DNA of 64,000 nucleotides from the NCBI GenBank assembly GCA_964464925.1, contig CAYXLI010000028.1:3881-67880 (forward strand), given 5' to 3'. This document shows positions 35,946 through 48,577 of the stretch, in pieces. The position numbers and the translations under genes were made by a program. How positions within the stretch are numbered: the stretch's first letter is position 1; each line of letters starts with the position of its first letter. Source of the stretch: an uncultured Solibacteraceae bacterium (GTDB lineage Bacteria > Acidobacteriota > Terriglobia > Bryobacterales > Bryobacteraceae). The notes under the pieces are model-generated. The model saw only the letters and a list, made by a program, of their open reading frames with translations, did not search any database and was not told the origin of the DNA.

Positions 35946-36065
35946 AGAAATCGACCTAGATTAGCACTCGGATATTACACGTGGGTTTCGAGTAGATTGC
36001 AAGCGGTTTTCCCCTGAGCTCGTGCCGCGAAGCCGAATGGCTTGGGCCAGGCAGACACGTTCTTC

Positions 36066-39132
<3,067 letters not shown>

Positions 39133-39133
39133 C

Positions 39134-41017
39134 ATGGCGTTAACGAATCGACGACCGGCAGTGCCTCTCCTGCAGTACATGGGGGTGATGTCGGCGGCGT
39201 TCCTCGTTTCGCTTATCGCGGGTTGGAGCGGGCCCGCCCCCGGCATCAATGGCTACGCGTATGATTGGCTGTTCCGGGTGCAACCCCCAAAGCCGTGGGC
39301 ACCCACCAGCGCTTTGCTGGCGATCGATGAGATATCGCTCGGGGAGTACGGCGGCATGCGGCACATTCGGCGGCCGCTGGCAGATGCGATCTCACTGGCC
39401 GCAGACGCGAAACCCACGACACTCGCGATTGACTTGATCCTCTCCGACACTTCAACGGAAGTAGAAGACGCAGCTCTGGAAACGGCACTGACCAGAACAC
39501 CGAATCTGGTTCTGGCGAGCGATCTGCTACCAGGCGGTGAGACATGGGAAGATCCCCTGCCGCGCTTTGCAAAGCACGCTGCCGCCATCGGACATGTGCA
39601 TGCCGATCCCGATCCTGTTAGCCGAGTGCTGCCACTTTATAAGGCCGCGGGTCACCAGCGCCGGTGGGCTATTGCTCTGGAGGCCCTCCGGCTGAGCAAG
39701 CATGTGGCGAGGATTGAGGAGTCACCGGATGATCTACGGATCGGATTCACGGTGGTTCCTTTTGTGCGCGATCACGATCCGTCGATCCGGATCCGGTATC
39801 TGCCGCCGCTCGAAGACGGTTCGCAGCCGATTCCACAGATTTCCGTTTCGCAGCTTCTGCACGATCCCGCGCTCGCAAAGCGGTTTGCTGGTAAGGCGGT
39901 GTTCGTTGGAGTTACGGCACTCTCGGCGGCGCGCGACCGCCTGATGACGCCTTACAACCAGACAATGAGCGGGCTAGCTATCCATGCGCAAGCTTACGAG
40001 ACACTGTCTCACGGCGAGTTTCTGATACCGGCATCGAATCTCGCTGTGCTCGGAATCTGCTTTCTGCTGGCGGTCATGGCGGGCGTCATCTTTTATTTGC
40101 TGCCCGGTTGGAGGGCGTATCTCATGGCGCCGTTGGTTCTCGCCACGGCGCACGCTATTCCGCACGTTGCGTTCGCAAACGGGATTCTGGTCCCGTATGT
40201 CGAGCCAATTATGACGGCATGGCTGACGGTAGTGACCGCGGCGGCCTGGGTCTACTTCGCGGTGCGCCGTCAGTTGCGGAAAAGCGAAGCAGACAAGGCC
40301 CGGTATCAGCATGCCATTCATCTGGTGACGCACGAAATGCGTTCGCCGCTGACCGCGATTCAGGGCTCCAGCGAATTGATGGGGCGCTACAACCTGACCG
40401 ACGACAAACGCAAACAGATGGCGCAGATGATCAACTCGGAATCGAAAAGGCTTGCGCGCATGATCCAGACTTTCCTCGACATCGAGCGTCTTACCGAAGG
40501 ACAGATGGACTTTCGTGTGGAACCATTCGAGCTGCAGTTCCTCATCGATATCTGCATGCAACGTGCGATGCCGCTCGCAGAGCGAAAGCAGATCGCCATG
40601 CGGCTGGAAGGCGTGGACCCGGCCACGTTGGAGGGAGATCGCGAACTGATGGAATACGCGGTTTACAACCTACTGACCAATGCGATCAAGTATTCGCCCG
40701 CCGGGACAATGGTGACAGTGCGGGGGACCAGAGAGGGCGGCACGTTGCGGATTTCCGTGGCGGACCAGGGCATCGGAATGGACGAAAAAGAACTGAGGAA
40801 TATCTTCCGCAAGTTCTATCGCACGAAGAAAGCGGAGACGTCCGGCGAGGTGGGCACAGGGATTGGACTCTCACTCGTAGAGCAGATTGTGGCGCACCAT
40901 GGCGGCAAGGTCGAGGTGACGAGTACCCCGGGGAAGGGTTCGTGTTTTACCATAGTATTGCCTCGCGGAATCACGGGTTCCGCAGTGCCCGCGTCCACAT
41001 TGGTGCCATCAAATTAG
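39134..41017 (+). CDS. CHASE2-domain sensor histidine kinase
   Basis: 627 aa. It has the CHASE2 pattern (YDWLFRV...LLAIDEISL...LAIDLILSD...GHVHADPDPVSR...VGVTA), three TM segments after it, the H-box VTHEMRSPLTAI and the G-boxes DQGIGM and GTGIGLSLV. It starts 1 nt after the pepP-like stop. Confidence 0.9.
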   Translation: MALTNRRPAVPLLQYMGVMSAAFLVSLIAGWSGPAPGINGYAYDWLFRVQPPKPWAPTSALLAIDEISLGEYGGMRHIRRPLADAISLAADAKPTTLAIDLILSDTSTEVEDAALETALTRTPNLVLASDLLPGGETWEDPLPRFAKHAAAIGHVHADPDPVSRVLPLYKAAGHQRRWAIALEALRLSKHVARIEESPDDLRIGFTVVPFVRDHDPSIRIRYLPPLEDGSQPIPQISVSQLLHDPALAKRFAGKAVFVGVTALSAARDRLMTPYNQTMSGLAIHAQAYETLSHGEFLIPASNLAVLGICFLLAVMAGVIFYLLPGWRAYLMAPLVLATAHAIPHVAFANGILVPYVEPIMTAWLTVVTAAAWVYFAVRRQLRKSEADKARYQHAIHLVTHEMRSPLTAIQGSSELMGRYNLTDDKRKQMAQMINSESKRLARMIQTFLDIERLTEGQMDFRVEPFELQFLIDICMQRAMPLAERKQIAMRLEGVDPATLEGDRELMEYAVYNLLTNAIKYSPAGTMVTVRGTREGGTLRISVADQGIGMDEKELRNIFRKFYRTKKAETSGEVGTGIGLSLVEQIVAHHGGKVEVTSTPGKGSCFTIVLPRGITGSAVPASTLVPSN

Positions 41018-41045
41018 GGCACATCTACTCCAACAACGCAAAGGA

Positions 41046-42380
41046 ATGCTCTTGTCTCGACTCCTTGTCGTAGAAGACGATCGATCAGTTCGCGAAACAT
41101 TGGTGACCCTGCTCGAACTGGAAGGCTATGTGGTCGACGCGGTATCGTCTACACGCGAAGCGCTCGAGCGGCTGAAGAACAACACGTATCCGATTGTGCT
41201 TTCGGATATCTACCTTGATGAACGAACCGGCCTGGATGTGCTGGACGCAGCACGCGGGACGAATCCGGATTGTGCTGTCATCCTGATGACCGGGCGAGGG
41301 ACGATGGAGACCGTCATGAGGGCGACACGCGGCGGCGCCTTCGATTATCTGGCCAAGCCGTTCGAGATGGATCATCTGCTGGAGACCGTGAAGCGCGCCG
41401 AAGCTTCGCTTCAACAGCAACCTCCGGAAGAAGACGACGACGATGAGGTGGAGGTCGAGGATCTGCCGGACACCGAGATGATCGGCGTCTCGGCGCCAAT
41501 GATCGACATCTACAAGACCGTCTCGCTGGTTGCGCCGAAAGATGCGACCGTACTCATCGAAGGTGAGACGGGCACGGGCAAGGAACTGATTGCCCGCATG
41601 ATCCACCGCAACAGCCGCCGCAGCGATCAGCCATTCATGGCCGTAGACTGCGGCTCGATTGCGCCGTCGCTCATCGAGGCTGAGTTGTTTGGTGCGATCC
41701 GCGGAGCGTACACGGGCGCGGACCGCGACCGCGTGGGTGTCTTCGAAGCAGCCAACCACGGCACGGTATTTTTGGATGAAATCGGCGAAATGGAGGCAAA
41801 TGCGCAGTTGAAGCTGCTGCGAGTTTTGCAGGAACGGGAAGTACGCCCGGTCGGAAGCACCCGCTCGCGTACAATCGACGTTCGCGTTCTTGCCGCCACA
41901 AATCGCGATTTGAAACGCCTGGTGGAGGAAAACAAGTTTCGGGAGGATCTATGGTACCGGCTGAATGTAATTCGTATCTCGGTTCCTCCTCTGCGGGAGC
42001 GGCGGTCCGATATCCCGCTGCTGGCACAGTTCTTCCTGGACCGGTCGAACCAGCGTTATGGGCAGCGCGCCAGGCTCACGGAATCGGGTCTGAAAGCCTT
42101 GACTGAATACACTTGGCCCGGGAATGTCCGCCAAATCCAGCACATGATCGAGCGGCTAGTAATCCTGACTACAAATGGCCGGATTGATGATGCTGCTGTT
42201 CATACGGCGATCGAGTCGATGGATCCGAGACCGACGGCGGGAGAAACCCTGGCCGATACCGAGGCGGAACAGATTCGCAAGGTTCTGGCCGCGGCGGGCG
42301 GGAACAAGAGCCGGGCTGCCAAAATTTTGGGAATCGAGCGCAAGACGTTGTATCGCAAGCTCGACAAGATGGGATTGTGA
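41046..42380 (+). CDS. Sigma-54-dependent response regulator (NtrC family)
   Basis: 444 aa. It has a receiver (LLVVEDD...VLSDIYLDERTG), an AAA+ domain (GETGTGKELIA...GAYTGA...ATNRDL) and a C-terminal Fis-type HTH (GGNKSRAAKILGIERKTLYRKL). Confidence 0.93.
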   Translation: MLLSRLLVVEDDRSVRETLVTLLELEGYVVDAVSSTREALERLKNNTYPIVLSDIYLDERTGLDVLDAARGTNPDCAVILMTGRGTMETVMRATRGGAFDYLAKPFEMDHLLETVKRAEASLQQQPPEEDDDDEVEVEDLPDTEMIGVSAPMIDIYKTVSLVAPKDATVLIEGETGTGKELIARMIHRNSRRSDQPFMAVDCGSIAPSLIEAELFGAIRGAYTGADRDRVGVFEAANHGTVFLDEIGEMEANAQLKLLRVLQEREVRPVGSTRSRTIDVRVLAATNRDLKRLVEENKFREDLWYRLNVIRISVPPLRERRSDIPLLAQFFLDRSNQRYGQRARLTESGLKALTEYTWPGNVRQIQHMIERLVILTTNGRIDDAAVHTAIESMDPRPTAGETLADTEAEQIRKVLAAAGGNKSRAAKILGIERKTLYRKLDKMGL

Positions 42381-42495
42381 ATGTTTCATTAACCCCGAGT
42401 AACCCCAAGATACGGCATCTACCTCACAAAAGGCTTCCATTCACTAAGGGACGGATTTAGACTGAGGTCGTCTCGATCCTTGGAGGTGGTACCCG

Positions 42496-42642
42496 ATGTT
42501 TGACAGCCTCGACGAACAGATGAAAGCAGATGAACGCAAGGCGGTCACGAGTAAAGAGAAGATTATGGAATGGGTTACGATCGCAGTCGTCTCCATTCTC
42601 GTCTTTGGCGGCGTGATCTACGCTATTCGCGTATTGGAGTAA
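42496..42642 (+). CDS. Unannotated 48-aa tail-anchored membrane peptide
   Basis: My own reading gives GGAGG at 42482-42486, ATG at 42496 and TAA at 42640. The translation is MFDSLDEQMKADERKAVTSKEKIMEWVTIAVVSILVFGGVIYAIRVLE. It is below the track's length cut-off. Confidence 0.45.
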   Translation: MFDSLDEQMKADERKAVTSKEKIMEWVTIAVVSILVFGGVIYAIRVLE

Positions 42643-42655
42643 TACTCGTTCGATT

Positions 42656-42672
42656 GCAGCCTCTTAGGCTGC
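42656..42672. terminator. Short GC hairpin between convergent genes
   Basis: GCAGCC-tctta-GGCTGC lies between the stops at 42642 (+) and 42674 (-). The stem is only 6 bp and there is no U-tract, so the call is weak. Confidence 0.3.
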
Positions 42673-42673
42673 C

Positions 42674-43168
42674 TTAGTTAACAAGACTGATCGGAATATT
42701 GGCTGGGCCGATACTCCTCATAACCCGTTTGACCCGGGCAGCGTAGTCCGCGTTCGCGTTGTAAGTTCTTAGGATTTGTTCCAAGGTTTTGTCTTTATAG
42801 AGCTTGGAATTTGCAAGGCGATCAGCGACCTGATGGATGCCTGCCCGGACTGACGGAAAGACTTCCTGACCGTTGCCCCAGCCGAAGATATTATTGTTTC
42901 TGCAGAATCTACCGCCGCTGGATTCAATGATGGAAAGACTGGGAAGTAATCTCCAATCTAAGTCATTGTCATCTGCAGCCTTGAGGAAAACCTCTGCATG
43001 CCGGGCGACTGGTGCGCCATTCTCTTCCAGAAACTGTTTCAGGATAGGAAGTCGGGGATCTTTTGCCGATACTGGCTCTGAAGCGCGGAGCAAGTGAGGG
43101 GTCTGGGCCAGCGGAGTGACCAGGAGACCTGCAAAGACAACAATCCCCCCTGACACGATTCGATTCAA
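42674..43168 (-). CDS. Secreted/anchored glucosaminidase-like peptidoglycan hydrolase domain protein
   Basis: Track ORF 42674..43261. The in-frame TTG at 43168 is preceded by AAGGAGGAG and gives the anchor MNRIVSGGIVVFAGLLVTPLAQ. SLSIIESSGGRFCRNNNIFGWG...LYKDKTLEQILRTYN resembles the glucosaminidase (FlgJ C-terminal-like) pattern, judged by eye only. Confidence 0.55.
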   Translation of the reverse strand: MNRIVSGGIVVFAGLLVTPLAQTPHLLRASEPVSAKDPRLPILKQFLEENGAPVARHAEVFLKAADDNDLDWRLLPSLSIIESSGGRFCRNNNIFGWGNGQEVFPSVRAGIHQVADRLANSKLYKDKTLEQILRTYNANADYAARVKRVMRSIGPANIPISLVN

Positions 43169-43267
43169 GCTCTTCTCCTCCTTGGGTTTAAGATCTACAC
43201 CTGTTCCGACCCAACATCCAGCAGCGACCGGTTGGCCGCCCCCGTCCGGAGGGCCGAACATTGGTCC

Positions 43268-43276
43268 ATTATAGCA
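43268..43276 (-). promoter_or_regulatory. Extended -10 element TGCTATAAT
   Basis: The minus strand reads ...gggcTGcTATAATggaccaATG. It lies only 7 nt upstream of the track's ATG (43261). This argues that the real start of the downstream gene is the SD-led TTG at 43168. The -35 region is poor (TGGAGT). Confidence 0.3.
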
Positions 43277-43339
43277 GCCCAGCGCAGAAACTCCAGCTTT
43301 AAAACCCCTTAGTGGTGCATCTCACAGTGAGAAAAAGAG

Positions 43340-43373
43340 AAACGCCGGAGTAAGAGAATTCACTCCGGCGTTT
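43340..43373 (-). terminator. Rho-independent terminator of 43398..43772
   Basis: A perfect 12-bp stem AAACGCCGGAGT / ACTCCGGCGTTT with a 10-nt loop. On the minus strand it is followed by CTCTTTTTCTC. It lies 25 nt after the stop. Confidence 0.7.
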
Positions 43374-43397
43374 CATTGCAGATTTCGAAGGGAACCT

Positions 43398-43772
43398 TTA
43401 TGTGGTGGCCCGCTTAGCAGTGATTTCCTGGGGTCCTCGAGGTGAGTCTCTTTTTAATTTCAACTGATCGCCGCTCACCGTACCCGTATATTTCCAAGTC
43501 ATTGAGTTTCCGTTGAATTCCACGTTGACGTCGAAGGAAACATTATCTCCTTCTACCTTGCCGTTGGAGATTTCACGCTCGCCCATCTGGCCCATGCTGA
43601 TTGTGCCGGTGAGTTTGCTTCCGTCGGCCTTGAGATTGTAAGTCTGGGTGCGCGTCTGGCCATCGCGGCCCTGCACTTCCGCTACCCATTTGCCCGTAAC
43701 GTCTGCCGCTAACGCCAAGTTGGTGAACAGCGCCAGCGCTGCAGCGAGCGCAAGAACAAGCTTTCTTTTCAT
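43398..43772 (-). CDS. Small secreted beta-rich hypothetical protein
   Basis: Track ORF 43398..43838. Starting at M23 gives the signal peptide MKRKLVLALAAALALFTNLALAAD, then VTGKWVAEVQGRDGQTRTQTYNLKADGSKLTGT..., a lipocalin-like repeat pattern. Confidence 0.7.
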   Translation of the reverse strand: MKRKLVLALAAALALFTNLALAADVTGKWVAEVQGRDGQTRTQTYNLKADGSKLTGTISMGQMGEREISNGKVEGDNVSFDVNVEFNGNSMTWKYTGTVSGDQLKLKRDSPRGPQEITAKRATT

Positions 43773-44304
43773 AGGGATCCTTTCATGGCGGCAGCGGACA
43801 TTTTGGCTGGCCCGCCAAGTACAACATTCGGGGTACAAGAGAGAGATGGAAGCCGAAGGCCTGAAGGTTACAGGCGCCGTCAGATTGCTGCTCGAACAGC
43901 TTGGGGACGTGGGTCGAGCGCGGACTGCTTCTCGAGTTCTTGCGAGGATGCTGCAGTTTGGAGGATTGAGCGGCCGCGTATGTTCTTAAAGATTACATAC
44001 ACTCATTCAGAACCATTTGACTTCATTTACAACTGCGACCGGCCAGGGATCCGAGCTGTCCTCTTCCCGAATTCATGCACACGCGCCGGGAGAGTATCCC
44101 GCAGATATATCCTGAGAAGTACAGGAAAGAGACCGAGGGTTTGATCACCGAAATTGCAAGATCAACTGTCGTTGCGGAAAGCAATTGCTCACTGCACACG
44201 GCTTGACACGAGCTTGGTTTTCAGGAAGTCAAAATGTGCCGGAGGCCCAGAAACATTGGTCCTGTCGCTTTGCAGCTTCATCAGGCCAGTGCGGAATTAC
44301 ATGC

Positions 44305-45851
44305 CTATTTCACTCCACCCATGAGCCGTTTCATAGGATGCGTAAATGCGGCCAATAACAATCCAAGTAAGATACAAAACCCAGCGACCGCGGAAAACAG
44401 AGTAACGGGAGAAAAAGCTTCGTATACGGAAGCCATACGTCCACCGATGTAATTTCCCGCGGATGCAGCCATAAACCAGACACCCATCATAAGACCAACG
44501 ACCTTCGCTGGAGCGAGTTTCGTCATAGCGCTCAAGCCCACCGGACTCAAACAAAGCTCTCCAATTGTATGTAGAAGATATAACGACCATAGCCAGAGGG
44601 AAGTGACCTGCACGCCTGTCGCGGCGCGCATGGCGCCAGGGATAATCACCACATATCCAAGGCCGACGAAGATGAGTCCGAGGGCGAACTTGGCAGGGCT
44701 GGACGGGTCTCGCGGACCGAGCTTAATCCACAGCCAGCCAAGAACCGGCGCTAGAAGAATAATAAAAATCGAATTCACCGCCTGAAACCAGCTAGCCGGG
44801 TAGATGTGATCGGGGAACCAGCTTCCGTGAGTTTCGCGGCGAAGCCGGTGAGGGTACGGTCGGTACTGCGCTCTGCAAATAGGTTCAGCGTAGAGCCGGC
44901 CTGCTCAAATGCCGACCAGAACAAGGTTGCCGCCAGGAATAAGACAAAGATTGCAATGAAGCGCTTGCGCTCGACCGATGTCCAATCGCCGGCAAATAGC
45001 AGCCATGCGAAAAACAGAACCACAACCGCGAGCAGAAGGTAGCCCATTACATCGGCGATTCCTTCGGCCGAGATAGGCACGAGACCGGAAAGGCCGAAAG
45101 CGGCCAGGAGGACCAGGATCGCCACAGTTCCTGTGAGAACGCGACGGAAGGTACGGCGGTCGCTTTCCATTTGGAGCGGGTCGTTCGCGGTGGCGGGGCG
45201 CAGGCCGGCCGACCCGAGATGCCGGGCTCCTAGAACATACTGAATCAGTCCCAGGGACATACCGATCCCGGCAAGACCGAACCCGTACCGCCAGTTCACC
45301 TTCTCCCCTACATATCCGCAGATCAAGGGCGAAATTAGCGCGCCGATATTGATGCCCATATAGAAGATCGAAAAACCAGCATCGCGGCGGTTATCTTCCG
45401 GCGCGTACAGCGCACCGACCATGGTGCTGATGTTCGCCTTGAGAAGTCCGGTACCTGCCACGATCAGAGCAAGGCCGAGATAAAACGAAGCGATGCCTGG
45501 CAAGACCATCGAGAAACTTCCTATCACGATGGTGATTCCGCCAATTAGAACCGTCCGCCGCTGCCCGAGAAGACGATCGGCAATCCAACCGCCCGGAAGA
45601 GTCGCCAGATAAACCATGGAGGTGAAGAATCCATAGATGGCGCCCGCCTTACTGTCAGAGAAGCCAAGCCCTCCCTTAGACACAGAGGCCACCATGAACA
45701 GGATGAGCAGGGCGCGCATACCGTAGTAGGTGAAGCGCTCCCACATCTCGGTGAAAAAGAGAGTCGCTAGTCCACGCGGGTGGCCGAAGAAACTGGTGTC
45801 CGGCGACGCGGGGCCCGGGTGGGCAGTCTGCGAAGGAGATTGCATGTGCAA
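44305..45851 (-). pseudogene. POT/PTR2-family di-/tripeptide:proton symporter split by a frameshift
   Basis: The N-terminal ORF 44775..45851 carries GHPRGLATLFFTEMWERFTYYGMRALLILFM, the POT signature. After ...LFAERSTDRTLTGF it runs into out-of-frame sequence and a stop. The adjacent frame reads ...FPDHIYPASWFQAVNSIFIILLAPVLGWLW and continues as ORF 44305..44778. The frame change lies at about 44800-44850. Confidence 0.75.
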
Positions 45852-45895
45852 ATAATTCTAGCCAGGAGACGGCTGGGACTTCCGCCCCGTTCCGG

Positions 45896-47026
45896 CTATG
45901 GGGCGGCAGCAAGCGCGGCGTTGCGGACCGTGAACCAAAAAGTGGCACCCTGGCCCGGCTGAGAGGTGGCCCAGATGCGCCCACCGTGTTTTTCGACGAT
46001 CCGTTTCGCTAGCGCCAAACCCATTCCGGTTCCCGGTATATCCCTTCCAACCAGGCGTTTGAAGACCCCGAAAATGCGTTCCGAGTGCTGCGGATCGAAT
46101 CCCGGGCCATTGTCGGAAACCGAGAAAACCCACTCGGCGCTTCGCGATTCGGCAGCGATGTGAATGTGGAGGTCCGGCGACCCGCTTCCGAACTTCAAGG
46201 CGTTCCCGATCAGAAGTTCAAAGATCTGCAGCAGTTCGCCCTGGTCGAAAACCACCGAGGGCAATGGATCGTGAGTGAGCTGAGCATTGCTTTCTTCGAA
46301 CAATTTCTGCAAATTCATCCGAAGCCAGAGCAATACGTCGTCGCCGTTCACGAGTTCGACGCGGGCCGGCCGGGTGCCGACGCGCGAATAGGCAAGCAGA
46401 TCCGAAATGAGGCGCGACATGCGGTTGGCGCCATCCACGGCGAGTTCGATGAATTCTCCCGCCTCCTGATCGAGCACCTTCGCGTAACGCTTCTCCAGAA
46501 GCTGCAGGTAGCCGGAAACCATGCGTAGCGGCTCTTTCAGATCGTGACTGGCAGCGTATACAAACTGTTGAAATTCTTCCTCAGTCCGCTGGGTTTGCTG
46601 GGAGAAGCGCTCGATCGTTTCGTGGAGCTCAAGTTGAAGGTGGCGATCGCGCAGAGCGGAATGACAGGCGCTTACTAAGGCAAGTTCAGATGCATCGGCA
46701 TCCAACCAAGTAACGTTGCTGAGCGCGGGATCGTTTTGTAAGTTGGCGGGAGCGAACAGGATGATGGGAGTCTTGTACCAATCGGGCTCCCTCAAACGAA
46801 ATGAGGGAATTGCTTCCAGCCCAGAATCGGAATTGCCGAGGATAGCAACGCCAGGGCCGGTCTCGAGAAGCCGAAACAGACTCGAGAGATCTTCATGCGC
46901 CTGAATTGTCAATCCATGGCGCTGCAATGCTTCGGCCAGCTTCTCGTTGGGCGGATATACGTGAATTATTGTGACAACCTCGCGATCCATAACCGATATC
47001 TTGAAGGGTTTCGTCCCTTGCAGCAT
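45896..47026 (-). CDS. Cytoplasmic histidine kinase with N-terminal receiver-like region
   Basis: 376 aa. The H-box FVYAASHDLKEPLRMVSGYLQLL is the same subtype as the kinase at 1..560. It also has GNALKF, DNGPGF and GTGMGLALAKRIV. Confidence 0.85.
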   Translation of the reverse strand: MLQGTKPFKISVMDREVVTIIHVYPPNEKLAEALQRHGLTIQAHEDLSSLFRLLETGPGVAILGNSDSGLEAIPSFRLREPDWYKTPIILFAPANLQNDPALSNVTWLDADASELALVSACHSALRDRHLQLELHETIERFSQQTQRTEEEFQQFVYAASHDLKEPLRMVSGYLQLLEKRYAKVLDQEAGEFIELAVDGANRMSRLISDLLAYSRVGTRPARVELVNGDDVLLWLRMNLQKLFEESNAQLTHDPLPSVVFDQGELLQIFELLIGNALKFGSGSPDLHIHIAAESRSAEWVFSVSDNGPGFDPQHSERIFGVFKRLVGRDIPGTGMGLALAKRIVEKHGGRIWATSQPGQGATFWFTVRNAALAAAP

Positions 47027-47125
47027 CGCCTACTCGTGGCGAACTTATTTTAGACGCAGTTTCAACCTGTCTTCTTTCAACGAATTTAGCTCTAACTGTA
47101 CTATGTCGGAAAGGCCCCTTTTAGG

Positions 47126-48526
47126 ATGACACTCTCCACCCGCGTCGCCGCTTGTCTATTAGTCACCGCTACAAAAGTCTGGTGCGGATCCACGCCACCG
47201 AAGCAGGTTCGGCCGGAGATTCAGAAGATCCTGGCAACTGTCAACGAGGAACGTATCCTCAACAATTTAAAAAAATTGGAATCGTTCGGCACCCGGAATA
47301 TCTTTTCCGAGCAGAATGCGCCCGACCGTGGTGTGGGCGGCGCTGCGCGGTGGATTGCCGGGGAGTTTCGAAGCTACAGCCCGCGGCTAGAAGTAATCCT
47401 GGATACGTACAAGATCAAGAAGCAGGGACGTGTGTTTCGGGATGTGGAAATCACAAATGTCATGGCAGTGCTGCCTGGCAAGGTCAACCGCGAGCGGAAG
47501 GTGATCGTCTCCGCGCATTATGACTCCTTACATATCGCGAGGAAACCGGGCTCTCCCGAAGCAAGCAGTGATGAGCTGGGCGAGTTGGATAACGAGAAAA
47601 CCGTCGCCGCCGCCGCGCCGGGCGTCACCGACGATGGCAGCGGAACGGCGGCAGTTCTCGAACTGGCAAGAGTGATGAGCCAATACGAATTCGACAACAC
47701 AATCGTGTTTATTGCGTTTTCGGGTGAGGAATATGGGTTGCTGGGCGCGCGGCTGTACGGTTCACGCATGAAAAGCGAAGGCGCGGTGATCGATGCGGTG
47801 CTGAACAACGACATCATTGGCAGCGTAGAGAATGGAGCGGGTCAGACCGAGAACTCCGTGGTTCGGGTATTTTCCGAGGAGCCGTCGGATTCCGGATCGC
47901 GGCAATTGGCCCGGTACGTGAAGGAGGTCGGCGAGCGGTATCAGCCATCCTTCAAGGCCGAGCTTGTCTTCCGGCATGACCGGTTCGCCCGGGGCGGAGA
48001 CCATACTCCCATGAATGCAAACGGGTTCTCCGCCGTTCGCTTCACCAGCGCAATGGAGAACTACTCGAATCAACACACAGCGACCGATACGGTGGCCAAT
48101 ACGAACGTGCCTTACATCGCTAGAGTCACTCGGATGAACGCCGCAGCGCTCGCAAGTCTGGCTTGGGCGCCCAAGCCCCCTGATGTGTACCGGGTCTTGG
48201 AAACAGGACCTAATAAAGGGAATCGCGTGGCGATGATTCAGCGGGGAAAAACCCGGTACGACGCGATACTCCGATGGAAGAACGGGAAGCCGGAGCCCGA
48301 CCTGGCCGGGTACGCTGTCGTGATGAGGGCAACTACCTCGCCAGATTGGGAGAAAGAGATCTACGTGGGAAACGTGACGGAGTACCGGCTCGAGAACGTC
48401 TCGATCGACGATGTAGTTTTCGGAGTGAAGGCCATCGATACGGACGGCAATGAGAGCCTGGTGTCCGCATATGTGACCACGCCGCGCCCGCTTCCCGTTT
48501 TGGAATTGGGGTCAAACCCCAAATAG
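47126..48526 (+). CDS. Secreted M28-family aminopeptidase with C-terminal Fn3-like domain
   Basis: 466 aa. It reads VIVSAHYDS...APGVTDDGSGTAAVLELARV...FIAFSGEEYGLLGA...GGDHTPM, and the C-terminal 90 aa resemble a beta-sandwich (YAVVMRATTSPDWEKEIYVGNVTEYRL). Confidence 0.85.
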   Translation: MTLSTRVAACLLVTATKVWCGSTPPKQVRPEIQKILATVNEERILNNLKKLESFGTRNIFSEQNAPDRGVGGAARWIAGEFRSYSPRLEVILDTYKIKKQGRVFRDVEITNVMAVLPGKVNRERKVIVSAHYDSLHIARKPGSPEASSDELGELDNEKTVAAAAPGVTDDGSGTAAVLELARVMSQYEFDNTIVFIAFSGEEYGLLGARLYGSRMKSEGAVIDAVLNNDIIGSVENGAGQTENSVVRVFSEEPSDSGSRQLARYVKEVGERYQPSFKAELVFRHDRFARGGDHTPMNANGFSAVRFTSAMENYSNQHTATDTVANTNVPYIARVTRMNAAALASLAWAPKPPDVYRVLETGPNKGNRVAMIQRGKTRYDAILRWKNGKPEPDLAGYAVVMRATTSPDWEKEIYVGNVTEYRLENVSIDDVVFGVKAIDTDGNESLVSAYVTTPRPLPVLELGSNPK

Positions 48527-48577
48527 TACTGGTTAGGGGGTTGACTCTTAGGCCGTTGTGCCCTAGAACTGGCTACA

